Source of the DNA: Octopus bimaculoides
Lineage: Eukaryota
Assembly (NCBI RefSeq): GCF_001194135.2
Contig: NC_068982.1
Coordinates: forward strand, 10,591,966-10,655,965
Length of the DNA stretch: 64,000 bases
Direction of reading: 5' to 3'
The translations under genes were made by a program, and so were the position numbers. Below the pieces are notes generated by a model. It saw nothing but the letters and a program-made list of their open reading frames with translations. It ran no database searches and was not told the origin of the DNA. Of the stretch, positions 37,570-49,862 are shown piece after piece. How positions within the stretch are numbered: the first letter of the stretch is position 1; each line of letters begins with the position of its first letter.

Positions 37570-38850
37570 CACTGGGCAACAAAAAAGTTTTATCGTCTGC
37601 TACCCAGACATATGGTGCTGTACTAAACTAAACCGAATACGTTGATACTGAATCTGAACTCAGAATTGTTGTAGTACGTCAGGACTTTGAGTTATGCGCA
37701 TAATTATATGTTAATAATATATTAGAATCAGGAATAGTTAAGTTCAAGTTAAATAATTACTATAATAGTATATTAGTACTGTGTATAGTAGATTTATGTT
37801 CAAGGCAAATAGTATTATAATATAATGGTACGTAGTATATTTATTTTAAGAGAATACTCACTTTATGTTTTAAATGCTCAGCTCAGAAGTGTTTGAGACA
37901 CTTGTTCTTGCGCTTATGTGTTTACCAGTCTCCTGTTGTGGGAACCAGCGGTAGTCACCCATCATGTGTGGATCGAACTGGCCCTGATACTTCGTTTGCA
38001 TCTCAGATATGTCTTAGTGGAACCTCTCACCATGTTCATCACCAACGGGACCAAAATTCGTTGGAAAAGAATCGAGGTGAGAATGCAAGAAGTGCATTTT
38101 TAGAGACATTCGGCATCCCATTCTTTCATACGCTGTTAGCATGTTGTTTAATCTGCATAGTTTTCAGCACTATGCTTTCCAAGAAAGTTCTGTACAACTA
38201 ACACGAATAAATCCCATTCCATCAGCTCAACTGGATTCAGTTTACCTCTGAATTAGATATCAATTTCCTGATCTCGGATTCAATGAAAATGCCTGCTTTC
38301 AGTTTTGTGTCATTTTTCTCTGCACCAAATTTTACTCTTAGGTACGGAAAGCCAAAACCATTGTGTGTCATTGCTTTTACAAAGTTTTTCATGAAGTCAA
38401 GTTTGATGTGAAGGGGTGGAAGGAAGATCTTTTGCGGTTCTACCAGTGGCATATGCTGCACATTGTACCGACCAACTATGCGCTCATCTCTTTTAGGCCA
38501 GTGTAATGATTGCTGTCGTCGCGGCTGTTCCAAACACACAAGAAGCACATATTTTTTGGTACATCCCAGCTGCAGTCCTACGAGGAGGGAGATTACATTT
38601 AAATCACCACAAACATTTCACTTATGAACTGAGTAATTAATTCCTTTCAGAATGAGTTCCATTGAGTCATAAATTTCTTCCAAACCGACAATATGACTCA
38701 CAGGAATGGAAGGTTTTTCATTACCATTATGTAACAATACAGCTTTGAGGCTGACCTTACTCGAGTCTATAAACATTCTCCATTCGTTCGCCACATGCTC
38801 GGGTCTAGTTTTTGCATGGGTGCATTAACATCAATACAGAAACAAGCATT
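37570..38850 (-). pseudogene. Chapaev-3-like (CMC superfamily) transposon relic: transposase C-terminal two thirds plus right terminus
   Basis: EWRMFIDSSKVSLKAVLLHNGNEKPSIPV…PLVEPQKIFLPPLHIKLDFMKNFVKAM…KLKAGIF…MGCRMSLKMHFLHSHLDSFP…GDEHGERFH*DI. Terminus TTA|CACTGGGCAAC at 37567-37580. The family assignment is from memory of motifs. Confidence 0.65.
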
Positions 38851-39165
38851 ATTTTCTTCGGGGTCGATTAAATAAGTACCAGTTACGTACTGAGGTCGAT
38901 ATTATCGACTTAATCCGTTTGTTTCTCCTTGTTTGTCCCCTGTGTTTAGCCCCTTGTGGGCAATAAAGAAATAAGAAACGTTAGCACACTGGGTGAAATG
39001 CTAAGCGGTATTTCGTCTGCCGTTACGTTCTGAATTCAAATTCGGCTGAGGTCATATTTTGGGGTCGATACATTAAGTACCAGTTGTGTACTGTGGTTGA
39101 TCTAATCGACTGGCTTCCTCTCCTAAAATTTTGGGCCTTGTGCCTAGAGCAGAAACGAATATTCC
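38851..39165 (+). mobile_element. Composite/dimeric S1 SINE inserted in the Chapaev-like ORF
   Basis: An S1 3' half with the GTTTGTCCCC…CCCCTTGTGGGCAATAAAGAAATA tail is joined to a second S1 unit. Same layout as 45020-45456. Confidence 0.8.
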
Positions 39166-41344
39166 TGTGTCGTTTCGATGAAATATATTCACCAAAAATT
39201 GAAGATACAAACGTAGTGCTATGAAATCTCTTATATTCCGAAAACGTGAAGGCCATTGTGGTCGAGAAAGACACATACAAGAGAGTCAAAGACATGTGCG
39301 GAGACGGGATTGTTGGTGGAGTTCGAACTCCTATCACCAGTAGTTCAGCTAAAAGACTTGGAGCCTTTCATGAAGTATTAAAAAGAAAAAAAAGTAAGTA
39401 AAATTGTTTTGTTGGAAAAAAAGGAAAAAAAGGAATAAAAAAAGAGAGAGAAAATAAAAGTGTTTCATGGAAAAAAAAGAGAGAAAAAAAGATGATTAAG
39501 AAAAAAAAAAACAATGCAAAAATTGAACGATTGTAAATAGTGTATATAAACGTTCAAATGGTACTGCATGGGAATGGGGCCCATGCAGCCATTTCATTTC
39601 TTCATTTTTATATAACGTCTCATTCTCGTTCGTTTTATACTTTCTGTCCCCATTGTGGTGTTCTGTCTGTCCTTGTAGTGTCCGCCTCTGTGTTGTGACT
39701 GTAGTGCCAAATAAAGAAATAGTAATGCTATGAAATCTCGTATAATACAATATTCACGCGTGAAACACACTCAGACTTATCATAATAAGTCTGAGCGCCA
39801 AACAATTTAAATACAAATCATTCAAATATAAATATAAGATTTAAAATATGAGAATCTATTAGTGTAGAAGATACTCACGCACACACACACAAACACACAC
39901 GCACAAATATACCCACGCATGCACGCACGCACACACGGGTTATTTATGTCATGCGAAGGATATCTAATCTATCGCAGACATAGATATATAGACACACTTT
40001 CATATATCATAAACTGGTTGCCATGGTAACAAATAAAATGTATCTGAAGAGTAGCTGAAATTAATTTACTCTTATCTAATTACGCGATAATTTAATAAAC
40101 TCATATGCTAGTAATCGAATCTAGAGAATATGAAATAATGGAGACTTTTAAATTAAAAGACTCCATAGAAATTAGGAAATACTTTTTCTTATTAGTATAA
40201 CAACGGAACAACGAACAGACATTGCATACAACGCTAATAATCACTCTCCCTCTTTCTCTCTCTCTCTCCCTCTCTCTCTCCCTCTCTCACTCTATCTCTA
40301 TCTATCTCTCTCGCCTTGCGTGCGCGTGCGCATGGGACTATGTCTTCGAAGTTTCCTTTTTATTATTTAAAAATGAGACCATCTAATCTTAAGACAAAAT
40401 GAATACATACAAAACACGCATTAAATTACATATATGTATATATGTATATATATATGTATATATNNNNNNNNNNNNNNNNNNNNNNNNNNNNNNNNNNNNN
40501 NNNNNNNNNNNNNNNNNNNNNNNNNNNNNNNNNNNNNNNNNNNNNNNNNNNNNNNNNNNNNNNNNNNNNNNNNNNNNNNNNNNNNNNNNNNNNNNNNNNN
40601 NNNNNNNNNNNNNNNNNNNNNNNNNNNNNNNNNNNNNNNNNNNNNNNNNNNNNNNNNNNNNNNNNNNNNNNNNNNNNNNNNNNNNNNNNNNNNNNNNNNN
40701 NNNNNNNNNNNNNNNNNNNNNNNNNNNNNNNNNNNNNNNNNNNNNNNNNNNNNNNNNNNNNNNNNNNNNNNNNNNNNNNNNNNNNNNNNNNNNNNNNNNN
40801 NNNNNNNNNNNNNNNNNNNNNNNNNNNNNNNNNNNNNNNNNNNNNNNNNNNNNNNNNNNNNNNNNNNNNNNNNNNNNNNNNNNNNNNNNNNNNNNNNNNN
40901 NNNNNNNNNNNNNNNNNNNNNNNNNNNNNNNNNNNNNNNNNNNNNNNNNNNNNNNNNNNNNNNNNNNNNNNNNNNNNNNNNNNNNNNNNNNNNNNNNNNN
41001 NNNNNNNNNNNNNNNNNNNNNNNNNNNNNNNNNNNNNNNNNNNNNNNNNNNNNNNNNNNNNNNNNNNNNNNNNNNNNNNNNNNNNNNNNNNNNNNNNNNN
41101 NNNNNNNNNNNNNNNNNNNNNNNNNNNNNNNNNNNNNNNNNNNNNNNNNNNNNNNNNNNNNNNNNNNNNNNNNNNNNNNNNNNNNNNNNNNNNNNNNNNN
41201 NNNNNNNNNNNNNNNNNNNNNNNNNNNNNNNNNNNNNNNNNNNNNNNNNNNNNNNNNNNNNNNNNNNNNNNNNNNNNNNNNNNNNNNNNNNNNNNNNNNN
41301 NNNNNNNNNNNNNNNNNNNATATATATATATATATATACACACG

Positions 41345-42357
41345 CAGAAAGTGCGTCAGCTATCTGAGAAAATAACTTCTTAAAAGTCACCAGGTCTTTT
41401 GTGTTCAAGGCCAGAAAAGAGCTGCTGGCCTTTGGCGGAAATGCGTCTTCCGTGACGAAAAGAAAAAAAAGTCATTCTTGACGGTCAGACATTGTCTGAA
41501 AAGCCAATTGTCTAGAATGTCACGATCATCATACCGACAAGTTACTGAAGGCTCTTAACAATCATCGCAATGTATCGATTCACTTATGGTGCTCTAAGAC
41601 ATCAAGTAGTAATCCTGTTAATAGAAGAAAATAATTCATGTAGGACAAGACCCGGAAGCAGCATTTGATCTGCTCGACACGCATGAGGTCTCTAGCTCCC
41701 CGAAGTGCCTGACATGCTCTGTTCCTTCCAAGACGAGAACTTTGTCTGACAGAAAAATGGAAAAGTCGAATGACAAATAGCTATGTGCTTATTCCACTGA
41801 ACTCCCGTTTCTTGTGCACACCAACTTCAAATCTTTTGTGATGGTGTTGGGGTTCCTTTATCCCAGTCTTAGGTTCAATACAGTAGCCTACATTGAGACA
41901 GTGGAGATGGTTTCCATGCTCAGGATCGAGACAGTTGTTCAGAGGAGGCTCTGTGTGTTCTAACAACACTCTGCTCCCTCTCGCACAGTCTGAACGACCC
42001 AAATGTTCATGCCCGACAAATATCATAACATTTGACCTCCTAACTCCCGTGATTTAAAGCCATTAGACTACAACGTCTGAAGCGTCTTTGAGAGAGACTA
42101 AAAAGCATGCCCACGATATCAAGAACTCGTTGTCTAGTATTTGAGATATTACGTACAACATGAATAACGATCACCCCATAAACCATTTTAAAACAAATAT
42201 GGAGGCAGTAATCACGGCTGGTGCCGATTTTACGGAATAGCCTCTTACTGTGTCTATGTAAGAATATGAGTACCAAATGTTATACAAATATATTTATTTT
42301 TCTATTAGGTTTTCATATTTTAACATTTAGCTCTCGAATAACTGACGCACATTTTAT
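41345..42357 (+). mobile_element. Internally deleted maT/DD37D-type Tc1/mariner element with both TIRs
   Basis: TIRs GTGCGTCAGCTATCTGAG (41351-41368) / CTCGAATAACTGACGCAC (42333-42350), 15/18 match. Relic ORF LCAYSTELPFLVHTNFKSFVMVLG…RFNTVAYIE…PPNSRDLKPLDYNV…EAVITAGADFTE* ends at 42240. Confidence 0.75.
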
Positions 42358-42844
42358 ATACATATTTACATACATGCACACACACAAACATATCTATATG
42401 TGAATGTTTGTTTGTGTGTATGTACACCAACACGCCATGCTTCTATTCCACACCACCCACGCTCAAGTCAATCGCCTTGAGCAGGAAACAAAGCGCATCT
42501 AACTACGTGGGCTACGATACGTGACACTTTTCAACACAGAACAATACGCAAACAACACCTGTATAGTAAGCGTACGCAGCTTATATAGCAGCGTGCAGGT
42601 AGAAAGCCTTCAACATTGTTTACGAACAATTAATGTTCACATTCTCCCATAAGAGAAATGGTGCGTTTTGTGTATTATTTGAATTTGTGGAATAATTAAT
42701 TGCTTGAGACCACTTGAAACTTATTTACTTTCCTCATGCATCTCTGAATCTATGTGTGTATGAGAGAATGCGCGCAATCATACATACATACATACATACA
42801 TACATACATACATACATACATACATACACACATACATACATACA

Positions 42845-43000
42845 TACTCCTGTTTCTTTCTGTATTCCTTTCTGTGGAAGAGCGTAGGCTCGAAATGTTA
42901 AAGACTTTTTCACTTCCCGAGAGTTAAACTAATGCATCTGTTTTTTGTCTATACAACCTGTCTTCATCTTTTGTTTTTTTATGAATTCTCGCCCTACATA
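42845..43000 (+). mobile_element. Family B repeat with mutated hammerhead core
   Basis: CTGTGGA-A-GAGC-GTAG-GCTC-GAAAT-GTT|AAAG at 42872-42903. Confidence 0.65.
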
Positions 43001-43039
43001 GAAATATATATATATATGGAGAGAGAGAGAGAGAGAAAG

Positions 43040-43111
<72 letters not shown>

Positions 43112-43201
43112 GAAAACTATGTATACGCCTACGTATGTAAGTATATATGTGTATTTTATATGTCTAGATAGAAAAAAAATAGATGTTTTTGTAAATACAT
43201 A

Positions 43202-43401
43202 GAGTAATCCCTCGACTATCGTTACGTCCCAAAATCTCCCAAAGAAATAATTAAAATCTTAAAAAATATTAATACCTATCGGCCGCAGAAACCTGCGATA
43301 TACTGAGGAGTCCGCGATATAAATTTACATGGATCAGCCAGAAAAATCCGCAATATACTGAGTGCGCGATAAGTGAACCGCGATATTGCGCGGGATTTCT
43401 G
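43202..43401. mobile_element. pogo/Tigger-like MITE with TA TSD
   Basis: TA|GAGTAATCCCTCGACTATCG … CGATATTGCGCGGGATTTCTG|TA, with internal CCGCGATATA repeats. Confidence 0.6.
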
Positions 43402-43807
43402 TATATAAATGAATGCCTATATATGTATCAAATATATTCAAGCCCCTGAACGTTTGCATATGTATTATATGTAACACACATANNNNNNNNNNNNNNNNNN
43501 NNNNNNNNNNNNNNNNNNNNNNNNNNNNNNNNNNNNNNNNNNNNNNNNNNNNNNNNNNNNNNNNNNNNNNNNNNNNNNNNNNNNNNNNNNATATATATAA
43601 ATATATATATACATATGCGTTTGCGGGTATGTGTGCGTGTGTGTTTTGTGTGTGCATGTGTGTGTGTGTCTGTGTGTGTTTGTGTGTGTTACTTTGGTTC
43701 CCATCCACTTCCTCACGCCTCCCCAGCACCTTGTACCTCCGCCCATACCATGCCTATGATCTCTTCTACCCACATCTTAGCTCTCCTCGAACCCACACAC
43801 ATATTCA

Positions 43808-43935
43808 TTTCTTTATTGCCCACAGTGGGCTGCACACGGAGGGGACAAACAAGGACAGACAGTGCATCACTGTTACTTATTTAATCAACACCGAACGGAT
43901 GAAAGGCAAAGTCGTCATCGTCGACGGAATATTAA
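43808..43935 (-). mobile_element. S1 SINE fragment (GTTTGTCCCC-tail variant)
   Basis: TTTCTTTATTGCCCAC…GAGGGGACAAACAAGGACAGAC…GGATGAAAGGCAAAGTCG. Confidence 0.7.
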
Positions 43936-44149
43936 CGCACATACACAGAAGCTAAGTCCCACCCATCGCTCTATACATTCACACCAGTACTAACAGAAGC
44001 CCACCCCCACCCTCACGCACAGGTACCATCCACTCACAGCCTTCAGCTTCTGGCGCTCCGGTTATATTCGACAACGAAGAATCTACACCTTTTATTTATT
44101 TTTTTTCTTTTCTACTTCGACACCTCCGCTTCACGTACACCATTGTTTC

Positions 44150-44414
44150 CTTAATATAGAAACACACACACACACACACACACAAACACAGATACANNNN
44201 NNNNNNTATATATATATGTATATATATATATATACACATTTGTATGTACGTATATATGTATATATGTATGCGTGTATGTATGTATATATATATGTATATA
44301 TATGTATATATATAGAGAGAGAGAGTTGTATATATGTATATATGCATGCATGTATGAATGTATATATGTATGTATATATGTATGCGCGTATGTATCTATA
44401 TAGATATGTCTATA

Positions 44415-44449
<35 letters not shown>

Positions 44450-44493
44450 CTGTATCTATATATGCATGCATGTATGTATGTATGTATATGTGA

Positions 44494-44559
<66 letters not shown>

Positions 44560-44590
44560 CTGTGTGTGTGTTTGTGTGTATGTATGTGAA
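44150..44590. repeat. Compound (CA)/(TA)/(TG) microsatellite
   Basis: Visible directly. Confidence 0.9.
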
Positions 44591-45019
44591 ACTTTATTAG
44601 TTATAAGATTGCCTGCAGCAATATTCAAAAAGAAAGTCTTTTGTTGATAAACATTGTACATGATATTTAAATACTGTTATTTTCTAAGTTATCTCTGAAT
44701 TTTTTTAAAAACCTGTCTGTAATGCAAAATATCATGATTTTTCACACCTGATTCTAATGCAATACACCCCAAGAAAGTTTTGATAAACAAGACTGCTAGA
44801 CTGAAAATTTTGAATAAGTCTCACAGAAATATAAAACGAAATATTATAGTAGCAGTATAATAGTGTTTATCTTTAAAAATATAAATGCAAATCAGTTGTA
44901 ATCAACATCAGCTAAACAATGTTACCCACGCCAGAGAAAAAAAAACATATAATAGAGAAAGCAGGAAGTGCAATAGTTTTTATACATAGAGATTTATTTA
45001 GCTACGTCCGCAAAATATT

Positions 45020-45686
45020 CTCTTCTACTCTAGGTACAAGGGCCGAAATATTTGGAGTGGTGGGGGACAATCGATTAGATGAACACCAGTAAGCAACTGG
45101 TACTTAATTTATTGACCCCGATAGGATGAAAGGCAGAGTTGACCTCGGCGGAATTTTAACTCAGAACATAAAGACAGACGAAATACCGCTAAGCATTACG
45201 TCCGGCGTGCTAACTTTTCTTATTTCTTTATTGCCCACAAGGGGCCAAACACAGAGGGGACAAACAAGGACAGACAGAGGGATTAAATCGATTACATCGA
45301 CCCCATTACATGCGTAACTGGTAATTAATTTATCGACCTCAGAAAGATGAAAGGCAAAGTCGACCTCGGCGGAATTTGAGCTCAGAACGTATCGGTAGAC
45401 GAAATACCGCTACGCATTTCGCCCTGCGTGCTAATGTTTCTGCAAGCTCGCCGCCTCCCAAACGCGAAATATTCTTTTCTACTCTAGGCACAAGGCCCGA
45501 AATATTTGGCGAGGGGCCAGTCGATTAGATCGACACCAGTACGCAACTGGTACTTTATTTATCGATCCCCGAAAGGATGAAAGGCTAAGTTGACCTCGAT
45601 CAAATTTGAACTCAGAACATAAAGACAGACGAAATACCGCTTAGCATTTCGCGCGGCGTGCTAACGTTTCTGCCAGCTCGCCGCCT
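45020..45686 (-). mobile_element. Three tandem S1 units (dimer 45020-45456, monomer 45474-45686)
   Basis: Well-preserved S1 units. The spacer CCAAA(C/T)GCGAAATATT is repeated at 45458-45473 and 45688-45703. Confidence 0.9.
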
Positions 45687-46639
45687 ACCAAATGCGAAAT
45701 ATTAAGTAGATGTTGAAGCAGGAGAAAATCTAACTTTCAACAGCTACCATTGCAGCTTTTAACTAAATGCCCAAACACCACTCGTGACTACTTTAGCTCC
45801 TTTCATAACAAAGAAAGTAAACTTTTGAATATAACACCAATTATGGAACTTCGACTTAGTTACGTAACCAGCTGGAAATATTGCTGAAACCAGAGCTTAT
45901 AATCTTAAAAGTGGAAAGCTATATAAAATAATGCAGTTGTAGATGCAAAGGGAGTATGATCAAGACGAGAAAGTCTTTAATAATTGTTCTGTTCATTCGT
46001 GGTTGGCTTCAGATTACGCAGCAGTAGTAATAAAATTACGCCACAAGAAACAAAACCAAAACTTAACAGAGTAAATAAACCGAAGAATAACAGAAAACTA
46101 ACAAAAACAAAAAAAATTGATATACAAGGTAATTCATCACCAGCATCATCATCATCCTCATCGTCATAAACTCTTTAGGCAGATTAATCTTCTGAGACAT
46201 TTCTTTTCAAAATTCACGCATGGACAATTTAGTTTTGCGTTAGCCGCTTTCACCAGATGTTCAATATCCTTACTATAGGTCATGCTGTGCTACCATTCAA
46301 AAATCCAGACAATAACATTGATTAATAAATGCGTATTTAGCTATGCAATCAAAGTTCTACATATTACCTGATGTACTTAAGGATTGTTCAAATTGTTCTG
46401 TGCTTCATATCAAAATGCCCTAAATAGAGTCAGCAATAATTTTTCATTGTCTTCAACGAAATAATTGGTTGTATTTGTATTATATCCATTCTGACATATC
46501 GATATGCCATCCGTAATTGAATACTTTCAGCGGCACCTTTATGATCACATTGATAACGAAGATGGAAAAGAAAACTATTTGAAAATAGTTGGACAGGTGC
46601 CGGTGTGGGGTGGGGTAAGTTGGACAGGTGTAAGTGTGA

Positions 46640-47053
46640 GGGTGGCTTTGCTTCCTAGTCACATGCTTGCGAGGTCAGTCCCACTCTATGACATCTTAGA
46701 TAAGTGTCTTCTACTATAGCCTTGGACAGACTTATGCTTTGTTAATGAATTTGGTAGACGGAAATTGAAAGAGGCCCGTCGAACATATATGTATGCATGC
46801 ATGTGTGTATGTATGTATGTATGTATGTATGTATGTGCGTGTGTGTGAGTGTGTGTACCCCACCACTGCTTGACAACCAGTGTTCGTGTCTTTACGTTCC
46901 TGTAATATAGCGGTTGGGTAATAGAGACCGATGGAATAAGTACTTGGCTTTAAAAAATAAGTGCTTAGGTCGATTAGCTCGACTAAAAACCTTCAAGTCG
47001 TTGCCCCAGTATGGCCGCAGTCTACTGAGTGAAACAAGTAAAAAATAAAAAGA
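46640..47053 (+). mobile_element. S2 SINE
   Basis: GGTCAGTCCCACT head, TTTGGTAGACGGAAATTGAAAG core, (TATG)n and GAAACAAGTAAAA tail. Confidence 0.85.
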
Positions 47054-47381
47054 TTTCATCTTACATTTTGACAAACAATTCAGAAGAAACAGGTGTTCAA
47101 CCAAATCTCTGATAACATCTTGTATTTTTACACATCAAAGGATTATTGAAGAATCCGATAGACATAGAGCGAATGAATAGTTATTTCTTTGTCACATATT
47201 AAATAATATTTGATAGCGCACACAGCGGTTTCCTGGAAATCCATTGAAAATGAAAGCGTAGAAAGCAACAGGTGTACGAATGTCGGTTGTGCAGTCAAAC
47301 GAATTTGGAATATGAACAACACTTTACATTATTTACATTATTTACATTTGACAGATATTTGTCCTCATCTTGTTTATTGTT

Positions 47382-47428
47382 AACACCACGTTTCGGCTGA
47401 TATACCCTCCAGCCTTCATCAGGTACCT
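47382..47428 (-). ncRNA. Hammerhead motif, probably inactive copy
   Basis: CUGAUGA-A-GGCUG-N10-CAGCC-GAAAC-GUG. The cleavage triplet is GUG (not NUH) and stem I is mismatched. Confidence 0.5.
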
Positions 47429-47478
47429 TGGGGAAATTTCGAACCTGGGTTCTCATTCCAAAAGTATGTTTCGATATT

Positions 47479-47513
<35 letters not shown>

Positions 47514-47560
47514 TATCATTATTATTATTATTATCATTTTTATTATTATTATTCAGATCA

Positions 47561-47628
47561 CTGCCTGGAATCGAACTCGGAATCTTGGGGTTAGTAGCCC
47601 GCGCTCATAACCCCTACGACATATGCCC
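47561..47628 (-). promoter_or_regulatory. tRNA-derived Pol III internal promoter (A and B boxes) inside the family A unit
   Basis: GGGCATA-TGTCGTAGGGGT (A box)…GGG-CTACTAA-CCC (anticodon-like arm)…GAGTTCGATTCC (B box). Confidence 0.65.
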
Positions 47629-49862
47629 GTTAACTACAAACAAGATGAGGACAAATATCTGTCAAATGTAAATATTGTAAATAATGTACATAATTCTTCA
47701 TCTCTTAAATATAGAACTGTATGAACAACTCTTACTGAGTAAAATCATTTACTGTACAGTATTAACTTCAGTATACCTACATTGACAAAGAAATCCTATT
47801 AACAATTTCTAAATCCAGTTAACACAAGGCATAACAAATAAGACAGAAATTTAATACTCAAATGGTATATATATTGTAATTAAGAGAAAATTTTGGAACT
47901 TTCATATGCCGTCTGACACCAGAAAAAAACACTGTAAACGACAGACAAATATCAAGGAACAAGGTAGAGCATGAAGGAGTTGTTCCACATACAAAAATCT
48001 TCATCCCTATAATTACGAAACTGGATAGAATAAAGCATATTCTAAAACGTCATAAAGATCTGCCCTCAAACAATTTGTATATACTTTATAATATACTATA
48101 TTATGCTACTAAACTCAGACCATTAACCTTCCTACTGTTTAAACTACTCAAAAACAAAACGTGAGGACAGAAACGTCAGCATCAATTAATATATTATTCC
48201 AATCACTAGAACCGCAACCGGTGGGTAGTTCACGAGCTAAAGAATGCTCTTCAGCTCATTCGAAATAACAGCAACACGATGTTCAAATGACACACATCAT
48301 TTTCAAAAGGATTGACAGAACATCTAGTCTTATATACCCTTGCACACCCTTATGTACCCAGCCTCCCCCCGAAATAAGCTAGTATATTGCTATGAGCAAT
48401 GCCTTTTGTCGTAGACATGATCAGAGTTGGCCTTAGGTTAAACAACAGCAAGCGATTATGTAACAGACCTGATCATAGCCAATGCCTGTGCAGCAAATTC
48501 ATGTTTCATGAACGACATTTCTATACGGAAAGGCTATAATGTTGGGTTAAGGTCATTGTCGTTTCCATAATTAAAGTCTAAATCTTTATACAAATACAAG
48601 TTTTGATAACGTTGTATTATGGCAGTTTCTTTACTTTATTGCATTTAGGTATTTACTTTTACATGGCGAGCATATCAGGTGAAAGGCAAAAGAAAAGAAA
48701 TTAAATAACTTTTACGCTGTAAAGTAACGTTAATCCGCTTAGCCTTGATATAACTCAGCCATACACAAACCATTTCAATTATGTTGCAGATTACACGAGA
48801 TCTGTTATGCGCCTGTCTATTAGAATCTGTGCAGAGTGGAGAATTGAGCATATTGCTGAAAAATGCACGTCAATGACATTCAAAGCAAACGCCGTTTTGA
48901 AATGAATTATCGGAGAAAATTTTTCCTAATTACAAATCTAACCAGAAGCTGCAATATGTTAAGAAATCGACGTTACATGAAATATTATTATCTATTCATT
49001 ATTTAGAAAGTAATATACAATTGGCAATTTGCCACAAATAGAAGGATTACAATATGTTGTAACAGGATTAAGAGACTGACTTTGTATTTATCAAATAACT
49101 ACGAACATGTATGCAATCCTTTTTTATACAACGGGGATAGTTGCGTGGATAGGGTAATGGAAAATGAACTGAGAAGCCGGAGGTTGGTATTCGGTGTTTC
49201 CCTCGTTTGCAAAACAATTGTTAAACGTTCAGTCAAACACACTGTTAACACTTAAGAGCTTGTCGTTCTCAGAAATGACAGAACATTAAAACTAACATGT
49301 GAATCACTGGTACTTCTGTGCACAGTTTACCTATCTCCGCTGTTTAATCTATCTCAGGTCATAACATACCAACAGTCTCGAAATGATTTGCGTTCGATTA
49401 CTACTGTTCGAGGAACTACAGTAGCCAATTCCCCGCTAGATGGAATATTTTCTATACCACAATTTATGGTATTTTCTGCATCTCAATCCATTGTTAAAGG
49501 ATAGTGTCTTTTAAGTTGAATACAAAAAGAATTTTCACGTATGTAAAGGTGTCAACCTCTTGTCAAAGCATGAAAATTTGTAATCTGAATGCGAGGGCGA
49601 GACTACATCTACTACAGTAGCTACAAAACTGTATAACATCTATGCTTTTAATTCTTTTTGTTCAGTCAAAGGACCTGGGTCGGAAATGTTCAATGTTTAT
49701 ACACCTCGCAACAATCAATGTTATAAACATCACATATTGCATTTAGCTTTTATTCGTAAAGAGGTTCCACGTTACGTACGTTGTAATAGTGATTTCAGCT
49801 CAGTGTCTGGTCAAGTAGACAGTTTTTGAGCAGTTACCATCCCATAAACGTCTCCGCAAACA

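Larger units (their letters stand above)
47321..47719. mobile_element. Family A Penelope-like unit with tRNA-like head
   Basis: Inverted arms around (CAT/ATT)n and the tRNA-like segment. 10-bp direct repeat TATGAACAAC at 47311-47320 and 47720-47729. Confidence 0.8.

Noticed and set aside
47561-47628. Functional tRNA gene
   Set aside because: The acceptor stem does not close and the D arm is poor. It sits inside a TSD-flanked repeat, so it is treated as a SINE-type head.
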